A stretch of DNA of 64,000 nucleotides, taken from the NCBI GenBank assembly GCA_018401955.1, contig JAGYJT010000002.1, positions 27,723 through 91,722 of the forward strand, given 5' to 3'. Each line of letters starts with the position of its first letter. Within the stretch, counting starts at the first letter, position 1. The notes under the pieces are model-generated. The model worked only from the letters and a program-made list of their open reading frames with translations, was not told where the DNA came from and did no database searches. Source of the DNA: Chitinophagales bacterium. Lineage in GTDB: Bacteria; Bacteroidota; Bacteroidia; Chitinophagales; CAIOSU01. Both the position numbers and the translations under genes were made by a program. This document shows positions 47,930 to 58,765 of the stretch, in pieces.

Positions 47930-50900
47930 TTATTTCCCAGAATTAACAAAAACTTTTTCAATTTTCATGTCCTGTACATTGTGCAGGCGTACAAAATAGT
48001 AGCCATTAGCAGTATTTTCCATATTGATAACAAAAGTGCCGTTAACATAACCTAGTTGCTGGTTGGCTACTACTACCCTGCCCATCAAGTCAAACACTTC
48101 TACCGTAGAAAAGTTCTCCAAATTGCTCAACACGATATTAATATCTGTACCATAGGCATAAATTTTCACCTTGCCGCTCAATGCTTCAGCCACGCCATTG
48201 GCCAGCTTTTCTTGGATGGTTACCAATTGGGTAACGCTCTGTTGGCAACTACCATTGCTCACAAACAACTCTACCAAGTACTCGCCAGGGTATGCATATA
48301 CGTGGGTAGGGTTTGCATCGGTGCTGGTGCTGCCATCACCAAAGGTCCACAAATAGCTAGTTGCGTTTACCGCTGCATTGGTAAAGGTTACATCATCGCC
48401 TTCGGTAGCGGTGGCTGGGGCGCTGAACCCGGCCACTATTGGCGCAGGGCCATTTACCATGTACAATTGGGTTACACTGTAACCGCTGGCGTGTACTAGG
48501 TTAAGGGTATAAATAGATGGCAACAAGTTGCTTACGGTAACGTTGCCGTTAAAGGCATTATTGGTGTACACCACATTGCCATCAACATCTACCAACTCGA
48601 GGCTCCACTCGGTAGCGCCTGGCTGATTAAAGTTGATAAAACCATCAACACCCGCACAAGTGGCATCTTCGGCCGATACGGCCATAGCTGGGTAGAAGTG
48701 CAATGCAAAACGGCCAGCGGCATCATTTACGGTAGCAGCAAATGTGTAGCTGTTTACCATACGTAGGTTGGTCATAGTGCCCAATTGGCGGTCTTCTAAA
48801 AACACCAAGGCTGTTGGGTCAAAAGCGTTTAAATCGGCATTGATGACAAAAGTACCGTTGGTGCCTGCTACAAAATCAACCGGAACAATTTGTACCGCGC
48901 TAACCGATGGCTGAGCATAAATGCTGTACAACAAGCTACCATCATTTACATACATGCTTGGCTGCTCTGGCTTGCTCATCAATTTGCGGGCATCAAACTC
49001 CGAATCGAAAGCTGGGGTAAAGTTAGCACCAAAAGCTACGTGCATGCGGTCGGCAAAGCCATTGCCGGTTACATCAAGGGTAAGCAATTGCTCGTATGCG
49101 GCACCGGTACGCAAATACTGGTTGGCGCCGTTACGCTTCATATTGTCTGTAAAATCCATGGTAACGCCATTGCTCAACGCTTCTACGATAAAGGCTTGAG
49201 ATGAGCCGATTTCTTGACCACCCGATACGTTGTTTACCGGTACATAAGTACCCGCCAACGGGCCCGATGTTTGGTAGAAATAGGCTGTACCCATTACGCT
49301 ACTGCTATTGGCTGCAGCTACCGCCTGCCAATCGATAGGGGCGGCAAACGGATTGGCTACTAGGTTCATACCCGCTGGGCGACCAGAGGCATTTACACTC
49401 TTGGTAAGTACCGGGCCGGTAACGGTTTGGCCTGTTACAAATGTACCTACCAAATCAATGGTGGTACCTACTGGCACGCGACCAATAAAGCCCTGGCCTT
49501 GCACTGCTGCACCAGTGGTGCGCACGTGCCAACCTTCAAGATTACAAGTGTTTACGGTGTTTTCGCGGTAATCAAACAAACCACCGTATGGCGAACCCGC
49601 CTCAAGGGCAGTTGGGCTACAGGTGGCGGTTGGTACTACTTGGCTGCCGTTGGTGGCACCGTTCATAGTGGCTAGGCTAAAGTCATCGGCCCAACCGGTT
49701 ATGCTAGCTCCGCCTACTGGCGCGCCAATATAAAAGAACGGGCTTGCTGTGTTGTTGGCGTAGCGCTCAACGGTAAGGTTGCCCGTAATGGTACCAGTGT
49801 AACCTGCGCTAAACTCATCTACCAAACCTGTGTAAGTAGCATTGCTGCCTATTACCAGGCGGTTGTTGGTGGCTACATTGCCCGCCTCAAGCGCCAAGGT
49901 GCCATATACCTTTTGGGTACCACTAGCCAAGGTTACGCCAGCGGTATTATCAATAGTAAGGTATTGAAAATTGTTGTTGCCACCAATGGTTTGCAGGGTG
50001 CTACCTTTAAAGGTAACAGTACCGGTACCCCAGTTGGCGCCGCCGTTGTTGGTAAGGTTGCCATATATTTCCAAATCGTTGCTTGGTTGTGGGAAACCAG
50101 CAATAACGTTGGCCGTAATGGTTACGCTAGCACCAGCATTTATAACTATATCGTTTACCGTTGCAGTGGTGCTCAAGGCTGCATTTATAAGCGGGAAACG
50201 GTTAGTGGTGCTGGTTACGTTTGGTATTACCACATTATCGGCAGCAGTAGGCACTACCCCACAGCTCCAGTTGCTGGCATCAAACCAGTTGGTGCTGGTG
50301 GCACCGGTCCAGGTGTTTTGGCAAGCTTGTGCGGTTGGGATGTTCAAATTATCGAAAGAAGCAAACTCGCCAGCAGAGGTAGCGTAACTCCACAAGAAAC
50401 CTGAGTATGGCAAATTAGTAACCGTGTATGTTTGGTCAACTGCGGTGCTGCCTGTGCCATAAGTAATACTGGTTGGGTCGGCAAAATTGAAAAGTGCATT
50501 TGGGTCGTAGCCACCATCATCAACAAACAGCCTCCAGGTGCCAGTGGCAGGGTTGTAGTTTACTTGTACGTTAAACAAGTGGTCGCCATTTATACCCAAA
50601 GTATTTGGACCATCGGCAACTATATCGGTAATGGTACCTGCAGATATACCGCCAGTATACCTTACCAGTTTCACACGGTCATCACTGCCGCTTTCGCCAA
50701 GTACCACCGCATACCCATTGCCAGCATTGGCAAAGTTGGTGCTGGTAGCACCCAACACCGTAGCTATACCATAATTGCTGGTACCGAAGCCCGATGGGTT
50801 AATACGGGTTTGCGCCATGTTAAAGTACCAAACTAACTCGCTGGTTGCTTGATCAAAATTGGTGCTGTATTTTCCGGTCATATCAAATACCGTGTAGGCC

Positions 50901-53503
50901 TCACCTTGTGGGCTGGTATTATTAATATCCAAACGGTTGTTATAAATTTCGGCAAGGCCAGCGCTGGCCTCTACTTCTCCCCAAGCAGTTGCGCCACCGC
51001 TAGATGGGATACCCACGGTTGAGTTATCTGCACGGTTAAAGTTATCGAACGCTACAAATGGCGAAGCCAAAGTAGTGGCATTGTTTACCAATGCCGGGGT
51101 GCGGTACAACGGACCACCAGAACAGTTGGTATTGTTGTAAGCAAAAACAAAGAAATAATACTGGGTAGTGGTGGTAAGACCTAAGGCATTAAAGGTAGTA
51201 CCCACGGCACTGCTTACTACCGTACCGCTACCAATGGTTTGGCCAGCAGTATAAGTAATGGTGTTGGTAGGGTTTGCACCAAGGGTAGCACTATTACTGC
51301 GCACCACTAAGTAACCATCGGCACCGCCTGCTGCAGCAGTAAAACTGCCACCAATGCTGGTAGCACCTGGGGTAAGTACCAAGGCCGTGGCTTGGTTGGC
51401 TGGCACTGCACAAGGGTTAACACCGTTGCCCGTAAGGTCAACATCAACTTGGGTAGCACCAACGCTGGTATTGGTTATGGGGTTTAGGCTATAATTGGTA
51501 ACAGCACTGGTTGGCGTAAACCTAACCGTGATGGTGGTGGTGCCAACAACACCCGCAGTTGGGGTAAGGCTTAAATTGTTAAAGAAGTTAACACCATTAG
51601 TTGATACTTGATATCCAGTAGGCGCGGTAACTACAATGGGGTCGGTAAGGTCTGTGCCTTCTACGGTGTAGGTTAAGTCGCTAGTGTTGCCCACGGTTAC
51701 GTTACCAAAGTTAAGCGCCGTAGTGCTGGTTAATATGGTAGGTATTGGAGCAGCACAGAAATCAGCTGTAAGGGTAAGGTCGTCGTATCTAAAATATTCC
51801 GTTCCACTATTGGTAATTGTAGCTAGTCGCAAAGCTACACCTGTATTTCCATCAGGAATATTCAAGGTTACCAATGCAATACCGTTAATGCTAGAGCAAG
51901 CGGTATATTTAGTATTGGTGCCATCTATCGTTTTAACAGCAGTACCATTAGCATTATAATTCCAAGAAACGTTTGCATTTGAACCTGCCGGATCGCAGGC
52001 ATGTATTGAAACGTCTGGTGTTCCAGAAAAAGAGGCACCATTTAACGCAACATATACTTCTAACCTGTCAGCATTCTCCAAACCACCAACACCTGAAAGT
52101 GCAAATGTAATTTGGGTATTGGCAAATCCAGTAATATCAACATTGCCATACGTGTCGGTTTCGCCATTGCGCAACTCCCTTCCATTGGTGCCGTTATTCG
52201 AAGCACTTGCAAGAGTACTACCACTGCCGCTAACGCTCCAGTTATTGCTAGTGCCGCCGCCGCTTTCAAAGCCTTGGCCGTATTGCGTGCCTGTAGTAAG
52301 GTCGTTATCGTTTACGGTAAGGGTAAAGCTGCCGGTAGCTCCCACTGCCGCAGCGGTACCACCGCTTACGCTGCCAATATTAAAGATAAGGTTTTCACTA
52401 CCGTCGCAAGCGGTGTTATCGGTTACGTTAAGGGTAATGGTTTTGTTGGCATTGTCGCCAGCAGCCCAAGTAACCACTTGGCTGGTAAAGCCGTTTACGC
52501 GGGCATTGCCGCTCGGTAAGCTTACCGTAGCACTAGTAGCATTGCTCCCACTAGGGAACATGATGCTTAAGGTAAGCACATAGGTAGCTGTACCCTCGGT
52601 TACGCTAGCGCTGGCGCTGGTAAACTGCACCGCAGTGGTTGGGGTGTTGGTAGCCTGTGAGTTGGCCAATACGCTTGAGTACTTAGGGCCGCCAGTACAA
52701 CCAGCGTTGTTGTAAGCAAATACATAGTAGTAATAAGTAGTACCAGAGGCTAAACTATTGTCGCTAAAGGTAGTGGCAGTAGCATCTTGTATTACCTGCC
52801 CACCAAGGCCGGCACCTACGGCATAGCTAGTGCCATCTACTGGGGTAGGTGCGCCGGCGGTAGTTTTGCGCACTACAATATAGCCATCGGCACCACCGCT
52901 GGCAGCAGTAAAGCTACCGTTAAGGCTATTGATGGTTACACTATTGAAACTTAGGCTAGTTGCCGGGTTTGGCGTGGCGCAAGGGGTTGCAGCAGCGAAG
53001 CCTGTCCAGCTAAGGTCATCAAGAGCAACTCTCTCGCTAATGTTATTGTTCTCAATTTCAAGCGTAAAACTACCCGCAACGTTAATATTGGGTATTGTTG
53101 TTGTAGTTACAGAACCACTAAAAGGTATGTCCCCAACATCTACACCATTCACATAAACAGTAAACGTTCCTGATCCACCACCAAACTTTCTTTGGGTTGT
53201 GAGTGTTAAATTGCCAATCCCTCCTGGTATGCTATGGAAAACAGGCGAGATTGCTGTACCAGTGCCAGCCCAAAGGCTGCCATTTCTGATTGTAACAGCC
53301 CTAGAGTTTACATCTTGGTCACTTCGAGCATCATTAGCACTCCAACTAAAGCCATTGTCACCTGTCCAAGTCCTAATGCCATAACTCCCAAAAGAGCCTA
53401 AGTTACTAAAACTCTCCGAACCCTGCCCAAAAGCAGTAAAACTCGACAAAAACAAGAATACGATACCTAGTACCCATGATAGGGAGAACAGCCTTTTAGC
53501 CAT
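47930..53503 (-). CDS. Large T9SS type A sorting-domain surface protein (FN3-like, Ig-like, PKD domains)
   Basis: ATG at 53503 with signal peptide; two GSFTAA.GGADGY.VVR modules; PKD YLWTFGDG; C-terminal DLMGR...GYYFVR. Confidence 0.92.
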   Translation of the reverse strand: MAKRLFSLSWVLGIVFLFLSSFTAFGQGSESFSNLGSFGSYGIRTWTGDNGFSWSANDARSDQDVNSRAVTIRNGSLWAGTGTAISPVFHSIPGGIGNLTLTTQRKFGGGSGTFTVYVNGVDVGDIPFSGSVTTTTIPNINVAGSFTLEIENNNISERVALDDLSWTGFAAATPCATPNPATSLSFNSVTINSLNGSFTAASGGADGYIVVRKTTAGAPTPVDGTSYAVGAGLGGQVIQDATATTFSDNSLASGTTYYYYVFAYNNAGCTGGPKYSSVLANSQATNTPTTAVQFTSASASVTEGTATYVLTLSIMFPSGSNATSATVSLPSGNARVNGFTSQVVTWAAGDNANKTITLNVTDNTACDGSENLIFNIGSVSGGTAAAVGATGSFTLTVNDNDLTTGTQYGQGFESGGGTSNNWSVSGSGSTLASASNNGTNGRELRNGETDTYGNVDITGFANTQITFALSGVGGLENADRLEVYVALNGASFSGTPDVSIHACDPAGSNANVSWNYNANGTAVKTIDGTNTKYTACSSINGIALVTLNIPDGNTGVALRLATITNSGTEYFRYDDLTLTADFCAAPIPTILTSTTALNFGNVTVGNTSDLTYTVEGTDLTDPIVVTAPTGYQVSTNGVNFFNNLSLTPTAGVVGTTTITVRFTPTSAVTNYSLNPITNTSVGATQVDVDLTGNGVNPCAVPANQATALVLTPGATSIGGSFTAAAGGADGYLVVRSNSATLGANPTNTITYTAGQTIGSGTVVSSAVGTTFNALGLTTTTQYYFFVFAYNNTNCSGGPLYRTPALVNNATTLASPFVAFDNFNRADNSTVGIPSSGGATAWGEVEASAGLAEIYNNRLDINNTSPQGEAYTVFDMTGKYSTNFDQATSELVWYFNMAQTRINPSGFGTSNYGIATVLGATSTNFANAGNGYAVVLGESGSDDRVKLVRYTGGISAGTITDIVADGPNTLGINGDHLFNVQVNYNPATGTWRLFVDDGGYDPNALFNFADPTSITYGTGSTAVDQTYTVTNLPYSGFLWSYATSAGEFASFDNLNIPTAQACQNTWTGATSTNWFDASNWSCGVVPTAADNVVIPNVTSTTNRFPLINAALSTTATVNDIVINAGASVTITANVIAGFPQPSNDLEIYGNLTNNGGANWGTGTVTFKGSTLQTIGGNNNFQYLTIDNTAGVTLASGTQKVYGTLALEAGNVATNNRLVIGSNATYTGLVDEFSAGYTGTITGNLTVERYANNTASPFFYIGAPVGGASITGWADDFSLATMNGATNGSQVVPTATCSPTALEAGSPYGGLFDYRENTVNTCNLEGWHVRTTGAAVQGQGFIGRVPVGTTIDLVGTFVTGQTVTGPVLTKSVNASGRPAGMNLVANPFAAPIDWQAVAAANSSSVMGTAYFYQTSGPLAGTYVPVNNVSGGQEIGSSQAFIVEALSNGVTMDFTDNMKRNGANQYLRTGAAYEQLLTLDVTGNGFADRMHVAFGANFTPAFDSEFDARKLMSKPEQPSMYVNDGSLLYSIYAQPSVSAVQIVPVDFVAGTNGTFVINADLNAFDPTALVFLEDRQLGTMTNLRMVNSYTFAATVNDAAGRFALHFYPAMAVSAEDATCAGVDGFINFNQPGATEWSLELVDVDGNVVYTNNAFNGNVTVSNLLPSIYTLNLVHASGYSVTQLYMVNGPAPIVAGFSAPATATEGDDVTFTNAAVNATSYLWTFGDGSTSTDANPTHVYAYPGEYLVELFVSNGSCQQSVTQLVTIQEKLANGVAEALSGKVKIYAYGTDINIVLSNLENFSTVEVFDLMGRVVVANQQLGYVNGTFVINMENTANGYYFVRLHNVQDMKIEKVFVNSGK

Positions 53504-53758
53504 AAGAGGAGGATGAATTGAGTGTATAAAATGCGTCAATGTAAAAAAATGAAGCGCAAAAGTACGTGGAGTTTTTACATTTGTCAACAGTTATTTGGTA
53601 ATAACATTTTGATAATGCTCAATTGTAGCCCAATGTATACCCAAAAACCACGCATGTAGGGCATTTTAGATGCGTAACGAGTTTCGAACATCTTTTCAAC
53701 ATTTTCAAAGAATATTGAAACACGACACCAAACCTGCCGTTTGGCTGTATTTTCACCA

Positions 53759-53787
53759 TCGGTGAACGCACCAAAACATCCGATGAA
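53759..53787 (-). promoter_or_regulatory. 21-bp-period direct-repeat operator
   Basis: TTCATCGG-N13-TTCACCGA, same half-site as upstream of sRNAs A and B. Confidence 0.55.
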
Positions 53788-53842
53788 CGGATTGCCCTTT
53801 GCCTTATTTACTCCCCCCTACCTGTCATTACGAAAACATACC

Positions 53843-54312
53843 CGTCATTGCGAAAGTCCACACTGAAATTTAACAAACCTAAGCACTCCAAGGACTTGTG
53901 GCAATCCGCAAACGAATACAACACCAAAGCCAACCTAGCACTACTGAAAAGGTACATAACACGTAAAAGTGCAACGATGGGCGGCAGCGAATCTCTCAGG
54001 GGATTGCCACGTCGTTTTGTTGCAATGCAACAAAACTCCTCGCAATGACGGCGTTCGTTACCCGTCGTTGCGCCCACCTACCCGTCATTGCGCCTCCCCA
54101 ACCCGTCATTGCGAAAGTCCATACTAAACCCCAACAAACCTAGGCCCAACAAGGACTTGTGGCAATCCGCAAACGAATACAACACTAAAGCCAACCAACC
54201 GCTGCTTAAAAGGTACGTAATACGTAAAAGTGCAGGGTTGGGCGGCAGTCCACATCGTGAGGGGATGGCCGCGTCAGTCAGTTGCTCCGCAACTTCCTTC
54301 CTCGCCACGACG
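53843..54312. repeat. Two tandem ~208-bp REP/MITE-like palindromic elements (53843-54050, 54104-54312)
   Basis: Terminal IR CGTCATTGCGA/TCGCAATGACG, inner IR GTGGCAATCC/GGATTGCCAC; copies align over their first ~140 bp. Confidence 0.85.
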
Positions 54313-54351
54313 GGTGACGGGTTACGGGTGACGGGTAACGTTGGGGAGTTA

Positions 54352-55236
54352 TTAAAACAACTTCAACAACTCATCCAGCTCTTTTAGCTTTTCGGTGTTT
54401 TGCTCTGCATGATAAGCCTGCTTGAGGTATTGCAGGTATATTTTGATGGTTTCGCGGTTGCGAATGGGTAGGTAGAAGTCCTTTTGCGGCTCTTCGTTTA
54501 TTTTATTGAGGTATAGAGTAACCTCGTTGCGGGTAAAAATGGTGCCGCGGTTAAGCGGGTTAATGTAGCATATCACTTGGTCGCGCAGGTCTTCTTCGGC
54601 CTCTAAGGTCTCCAAAAAATCTTTGGTGTAGCAGGCTACAAAGTGACGCGGCAGATTTACGCCATACACGGGCATATCAAGCTCTTGAGCCAATATGGTG
54701 TACAGTATGCCCAACGAAATGGAATTGCCCATTTTGCTCTCCACCACTTGGTTTATAAAGAAACTCGGCAGGCTAAATTGCTTTTCGGTGGTTTTGCCCG
54801 TAAAACCCATGAGCGAGTAAAACACGTGGTTAAACACGTTTATCTGTTCAAAAGAGGTAAGGTTGTAGTTCATCTCCAACCAAATGGCCCGGCGGATGTA
54901 ATCAATCTCACCACGCAGCTTTACCTCATCAATATCGGCATACTGAAAACGGGCCACCAGCAAAGCACCTTTGTACAAGTTATCGGGCTCGTTTTCGAGC
55001 CATTGCTTAAAGCCAGCCTCCACCCCATGAAACTGTATGTGGCGAATGATGTGCTCAATGCGCTCTTGCAAAATGCTGTCAAGGGCTTCTTCCCAATAGT
55101 TTTCCAGCTTGGGTATAATGTCAGGGCCATAGCTTGCCAACTTATCCGAAACGTGAGAATATATCTCCTGGTCGGGGTCATCAAGCAATCGCAAAAGTGC
55201 TTGTAATTGACTATCGCTATTGGCTTCTTCCATCAT
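54352..55236 (-). CDS. SirB1/transglutaminase-like domain protein
   Basis: G.SISLG.LY..LA..L..P.YGVNLP.HF, YINP..RG. Confidence 0.85.
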   Translation of the reverse strand: MMEEANSDSQLQALLRLLDDPDQEIYSHVSDKLASYGPDIIPKLENYWEEALDSILQERIEHIIRHIQFHGVEAGFKQWLENEPDNLYKGALLVARFQYADIDEVKLRGEIDYIRRAIWLEMNYNLTSFEQINVFNHVFYSLMGFTGKTTEKQFSLPSFFINQVVESKMGNSISLGILYTILAQELDMPVYGVNLPRHFVACYTKDFLETLEAEEDLRDQVICYINPLNRGTIFTRNEVTLYLNKINEEPQKDFYLPIRNRETIKIYLQYLKQAYHAEQNTEKLKELDELLKLF

Positions 55237-57572
55237 TTTTTAGCTCCTTTACGGGCTCTTCCGCCGCCCGATGGTTTAGTATTGGCAATAATTTCTTCAA
55301 CAGCAGCCTGATCCAAAGTGTTCGGGTCAGTGCCTTTCGGAATTTTATAGTTGTCTTTTCCGGCCTTAATGTAAGGGCCGTACCTACCGTTCAGTACCTG
55401 TATCTCCCCGTCTTTAAACGAGTTGATGAATTTATTGGCATCGGCTTCTTTTTTGGCTTTAATCAGTTCAATGGCCGCATCCAAGTCCACATCGTGTGGG
55501 TCGGTGCCCTTAGGTATCGAAACAAAACCACCATCAAACTTCACATACGGGCCAAACCTGCCTAAGCCCACGCTCACTTCCTGTTTCTCGTACTCGCCCA
55601 ACGGCTTAGGGAATTTAAACAAGTCCAAAGCCTCTTCTAAAGTAATGGTTGAAATACTTTGGTCTTCTTTTAGCTTGGCGTAGCGTGGTTTCTCATCGCT
55701 GCCCTCTTCGGTTTTGCCAATTTGCGCCATCGGGCCAAAGCGGCCAATACGCACCAACACAACCTTTCCGGTTTTGGGCTCAACACCCAATTCACGCTCA
55801 CCACTAGCACGCTCGGCGGTTTCAATAGTATCCTCCACGTTTTTATGGAACGGTACATAGAAACTATCAATCATGTTGGCCCACTCAATTTTGCCATTGG
55901 CAATCTCATCAAACTCTTCCTCAATTTTGGCCGTAAAGTTGTAATCCATCACCTTTACAAAGTGCTCTGCAAGGAAATCGTTTACCACCATACCCACATC
56001 CGTAGGGAAAAGTTTGGCCTTTTCGGCACCGGTAGTTTCCGTTTCGGTTTTGGTTTTAATGGTATCGGCAGCAAGGGTAAGCACTTGGTATTTGCGCTCC
56101 ACGCCCTCTCGGTCGGTGCGCTCTACATAGCCACGCTTTTGTATGGTGCTTATGGTAGGTGCGTATGTTGATGGACGACCAATACCCAGCTCCTCCAATT
56201 TTTTCACCAGCGATGCCTCGTTATAGCGCGCCGCTGCTTTGCTGAAGCGTTCGCGAGCAGTCATGGTTTCCAGTGGCAATTGTTGGCCGTTGCTCAACGG
56301 TGGCAACATGCCCTCTGCCTCTTCATCGCTCTCGTCGTCGCTACTCTCCATGTACAACTTAAGGAAACCATCAAACAAAAGCACTTCGCCTTGCGCTTGT
56401 AGTTCTTCTTTATTGGTGCTCACGTCAATTTTTACCGTGGTGCGCTCCAATTGCGCATCGGCCATTTGGCTGGCCACGGCACGTTTCCAAATTAGCTCAT
56501 ACAACCGCTTTTCTTCGTTGGAGCCTTCAATGGTTTGGTTCTCAAAGTATGTTGGGCGAATTGCTTCGTGGGCCTCTTGTGCGCTGGCGTTTTTGCTCTT
56601 GTACTTGCGCACCTTTGAGTATTTTTCGCCAAAGTTGTTTTTGATGGCCGCCGCTGCCGCTGCCAAGGCGGTATCGCCCAGGTTCACACTATCGGTACGC
56701 ATATAGGTAATGTGCCCCGCCTCGTATAGCTTTTGGGCTATGCTCATGGTGCGGGTTACGTTGTAGCTCAGCTTGCGGCTGGCCTCTTGTTGCAAGGTAC
56801 TGGTAGTAAACGGCGCTGCCGGGCTTTTGCTGGCAGGCTTGGTTTGTATATCCTTAATGGTGTAGTTGGCGCCTTTGCAGCTTTCCAAAAATGCTTGGGC
56901 ATCTTTCTCGGTATCCAGCTTGCGGCTAAGTTCGGCCTTAAGCTTGCCTTGGCGACCTTTGCTATCTTTTACGTCAAATATGGCCGTTATCTTAAACGAA
57001 GATTGGCTGGTAAATTCTTGTATCTCGCGCTCGCGCTCCACGATTATCCTCACCGCCACCGATTGCACCCTGCCCGCAGATAGCGAACCCTTCATGCTTA
57101 TTTTGCGCCACAGTATAGGCGAAAGCTCAAAACCCACCAGCCTATCCAACACACGGCGCGCTTGCTGGGCGTTTACCAAATTGATATCCAATAGGCGTGG
57201 GTTATCCACAGCGCTTTGTATGGCATTTTTGGTAATCTCATGAAAAACGATGCGCTTGGTGCTTTTTGGGTTCAAACCTAGTACTTCGCAAAGGTGCCAG
57301 CTAATAGCCTCCCCTTCGCGGTCTTCATCCGTTGCTAGCCATACATGCTCCGCTGCTTTAGCTTGTTTCTTTAGTTCAGTTACCAGCTTTTGCTTATCGG
57401 CCGGCACAATGTACGTTGGTGCATATTTATTTTTCAGGTCGATAGCCTTGTTGCCCTTTTCCAAGTCTCGAATGTGACCATAGCTGCTCACCACCTTGAA
57501 ATCGCTCCCAAGGAATTTTTCTATTGTTTTTGCTTTAGCGGGTGACTCTACAATCAATAAATTCTTCGACAT
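55233..57572 (-). CDS. topA: DNA topoisomerase I
   Basis: IVESPAKAKTI, DEDREGE, SAGRVQS, ITYMRTDS, C-terminal GRFGP repeats. Confidence 0.99.
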   Translation of the reverse strand: MSKNLLIVESPAKAKTIEKFLGSDFKVVSSYGHIRDLEKGNKAIDLKNKYAPTYIVPADKQKLVTELKKQAKAAEHVWLATDEDREGEAISWHLCEVLGLNPKSTKRIVFHEITKNAIQSAVDNPRLLDINLVNAQQARRVLDRLVGFELSPILWRKISMKGSLSAGRVQSVAVRIIVEREREIQEFTSQSSFKITAIFDVKDSKGRQGKLKAELSRKLDTEKDAQAFLESCKGANYTIKDIQTKPASKSPAAPFTTSTLQQEASRKLSYNVTRTMSIAQKLYEAGHITYMRTDSVNLGDTALAAAAAAIKNNFGEKYSKVRKYKSKNASAQEAHEAIRPTYFENQTIEGSNEEKRLYELIWKRAVASQMADAQLERTTVKIDVSTNKEELQAQGEVLLFDGFLKLYMESSDDESDEEAEGMLPPLSNGQQLPLETMTARERFSKAAARYNEASLVKKLEELGIGRPSTYAPTISTIQKRGYVERTDREGVERKYQVLTLAADTIKTKTETETTGAEKAKLFPTDVGMVVNDFLAEHFVKVMDYNFTAKIEEEFDEIANGKIEWANMIDSFYVPFHKNVEDTIETAERASGERELGVEPKTGKVVLVRIGRFGPMAQIGKTEEGSDEKPRYAKLKEDQSISTITLEEALDLFKFPKPLGEYEKQEVSVGLGRFGPYVKFDGGFVSIPKGTDPHDVDLDAAIELIKAKKEADANKFINSFKDGEIQVLNGRYGPYIKAGKDNYKIPKGTDPNTLDQAAVEEIIANTKPSGGGRARKGAKK

Positions 57573-57919
57573 AGTATGTATTTAGGGGCAAAACGCAATA
57601 CACAGAACACTTAATACGGGCACTTAAGTGTTGTGTTTGGGCTAATTTAATTAACTGAACAATGCAATAATAGAGTTTACTAACAAACAATTCAAAAAAG
57701 CTTGCGGGTTGATATGCCTTGATTGTGAAAATATGTCCTGAAAAGGCAACAAAAAAGTAGCACTAAAGCAAAGTAATGGGAAGGAATGCGGAAGCAAGCT
57801 GTCACTCTGATGCCCTTCGATTCCTCAGGATAAACTCTGTCGAGGCATCTGCGCTGGCCTATTTGTGCGAGCGGTGACGTGGCAGTTTGTGATTTGTGTG
57901 GTTCGTGGTTGGGAATGCT

Positions 57920-58765
57920 TTAATAATAGCAAGGTGGGGAACTTTCTCTATTAATGCGCACAAGTTGAAAAACTTGGGCAGAGATAGCTATGATTAGGAG
58001 TAAATTGCTGAACAATAACCAAGCAGGTATCACCTTCCTTCTGTAAGTGTCTGCCTTATAAACTTTTAATGTTACATCGGTATTTTTTTTCTCAAAAATA
58101 ATGGCAACAGTGCCGTCATTATTTACAAAGTGCTTCATCCTTCGAGAAAAAATCCAATTATTCACCATTCCATCTGTACTTATACTCTTTGAGGTTACGA
58201 GGACTAGATTGTCATCTAATACCGTAAGCTCAGAAGGAAATCCACTTTTGTATGTAAGTAGAGCGATTTTGCTTTTATCTCTGCTAATCGCAATTTCTAC
58301 TACTTCTGAATCTACTCTGATTTTTTGTTTAAAATCCAACGATAGCTTTTCATCGACTAATTTTGCCTCGTAAAACAAGAGATAATATTCATGGTTCTTT
58401 GGATCCGTGGAAATGTTAAAGGTCTTGTCTTTTAAAGTAGCTGAAAAAATCAAAAAAGTTTTGTCAGTGCTTCTGACACAATATACCTTTACATCAGTAT
58501 AACCTTTATCAAAATCAAACTCAAAAGGTGTTTCGGATGTTAGCTGCAAATTTGAGTCGAAGCTGTAAAGGTTCAGTGATTCCACATTTCCATCTCTATA
58601 TTCGCCAGAAAAGTAATGGGAGTGACCATTCTTTGAGGTAATAAACTTTAAATCTGTAGAATATCCAGGTTTACTTTTACAAGTAGGGCCACAACTAAAG
58701 TTAAATGACTGGCAAAAAACGCTTGTATTTATTAGCAGCAGCAGAAGTAGAAAAACATGGCGCAT
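57920..58765 (-). CDS. Hypothetical secreted protein, AT-rich, possibly truncated
   Basis: Signal peptide, beta-rich; atypical C-terminal tail. Confidence 0.6.
   Translation of the reverse strand: MRHVFLLLLLLINTSVFCQSFNFSCGPTCKSKPGYSTDLKFITSKNGHSHYFSGEYRDGNVESLNLYSFDSNLQLTSETPFEFDFDKGYTDVKVYCVRSTDKTFLIFSATLKDKTFNISTDPKNHEYYLLFYEAKLVDEKLSLDFKQKIRVDSEVVEIAISRDKSKIALLTYKSGFPSELTVLDDNLVLVTSKSISTDGMVNNWIFSRRMKHFVNNDGTVAIIFEKKNTDVTLKVYKADTYRRKVIPAWLLFSNLLLIIAISAQVFQLVRINRESSPPCYY

Noticed and set aside
53808-54387. Four short ORFs in the track
   Set aside because: They arise from the palindromic repeats and lack protein-like features
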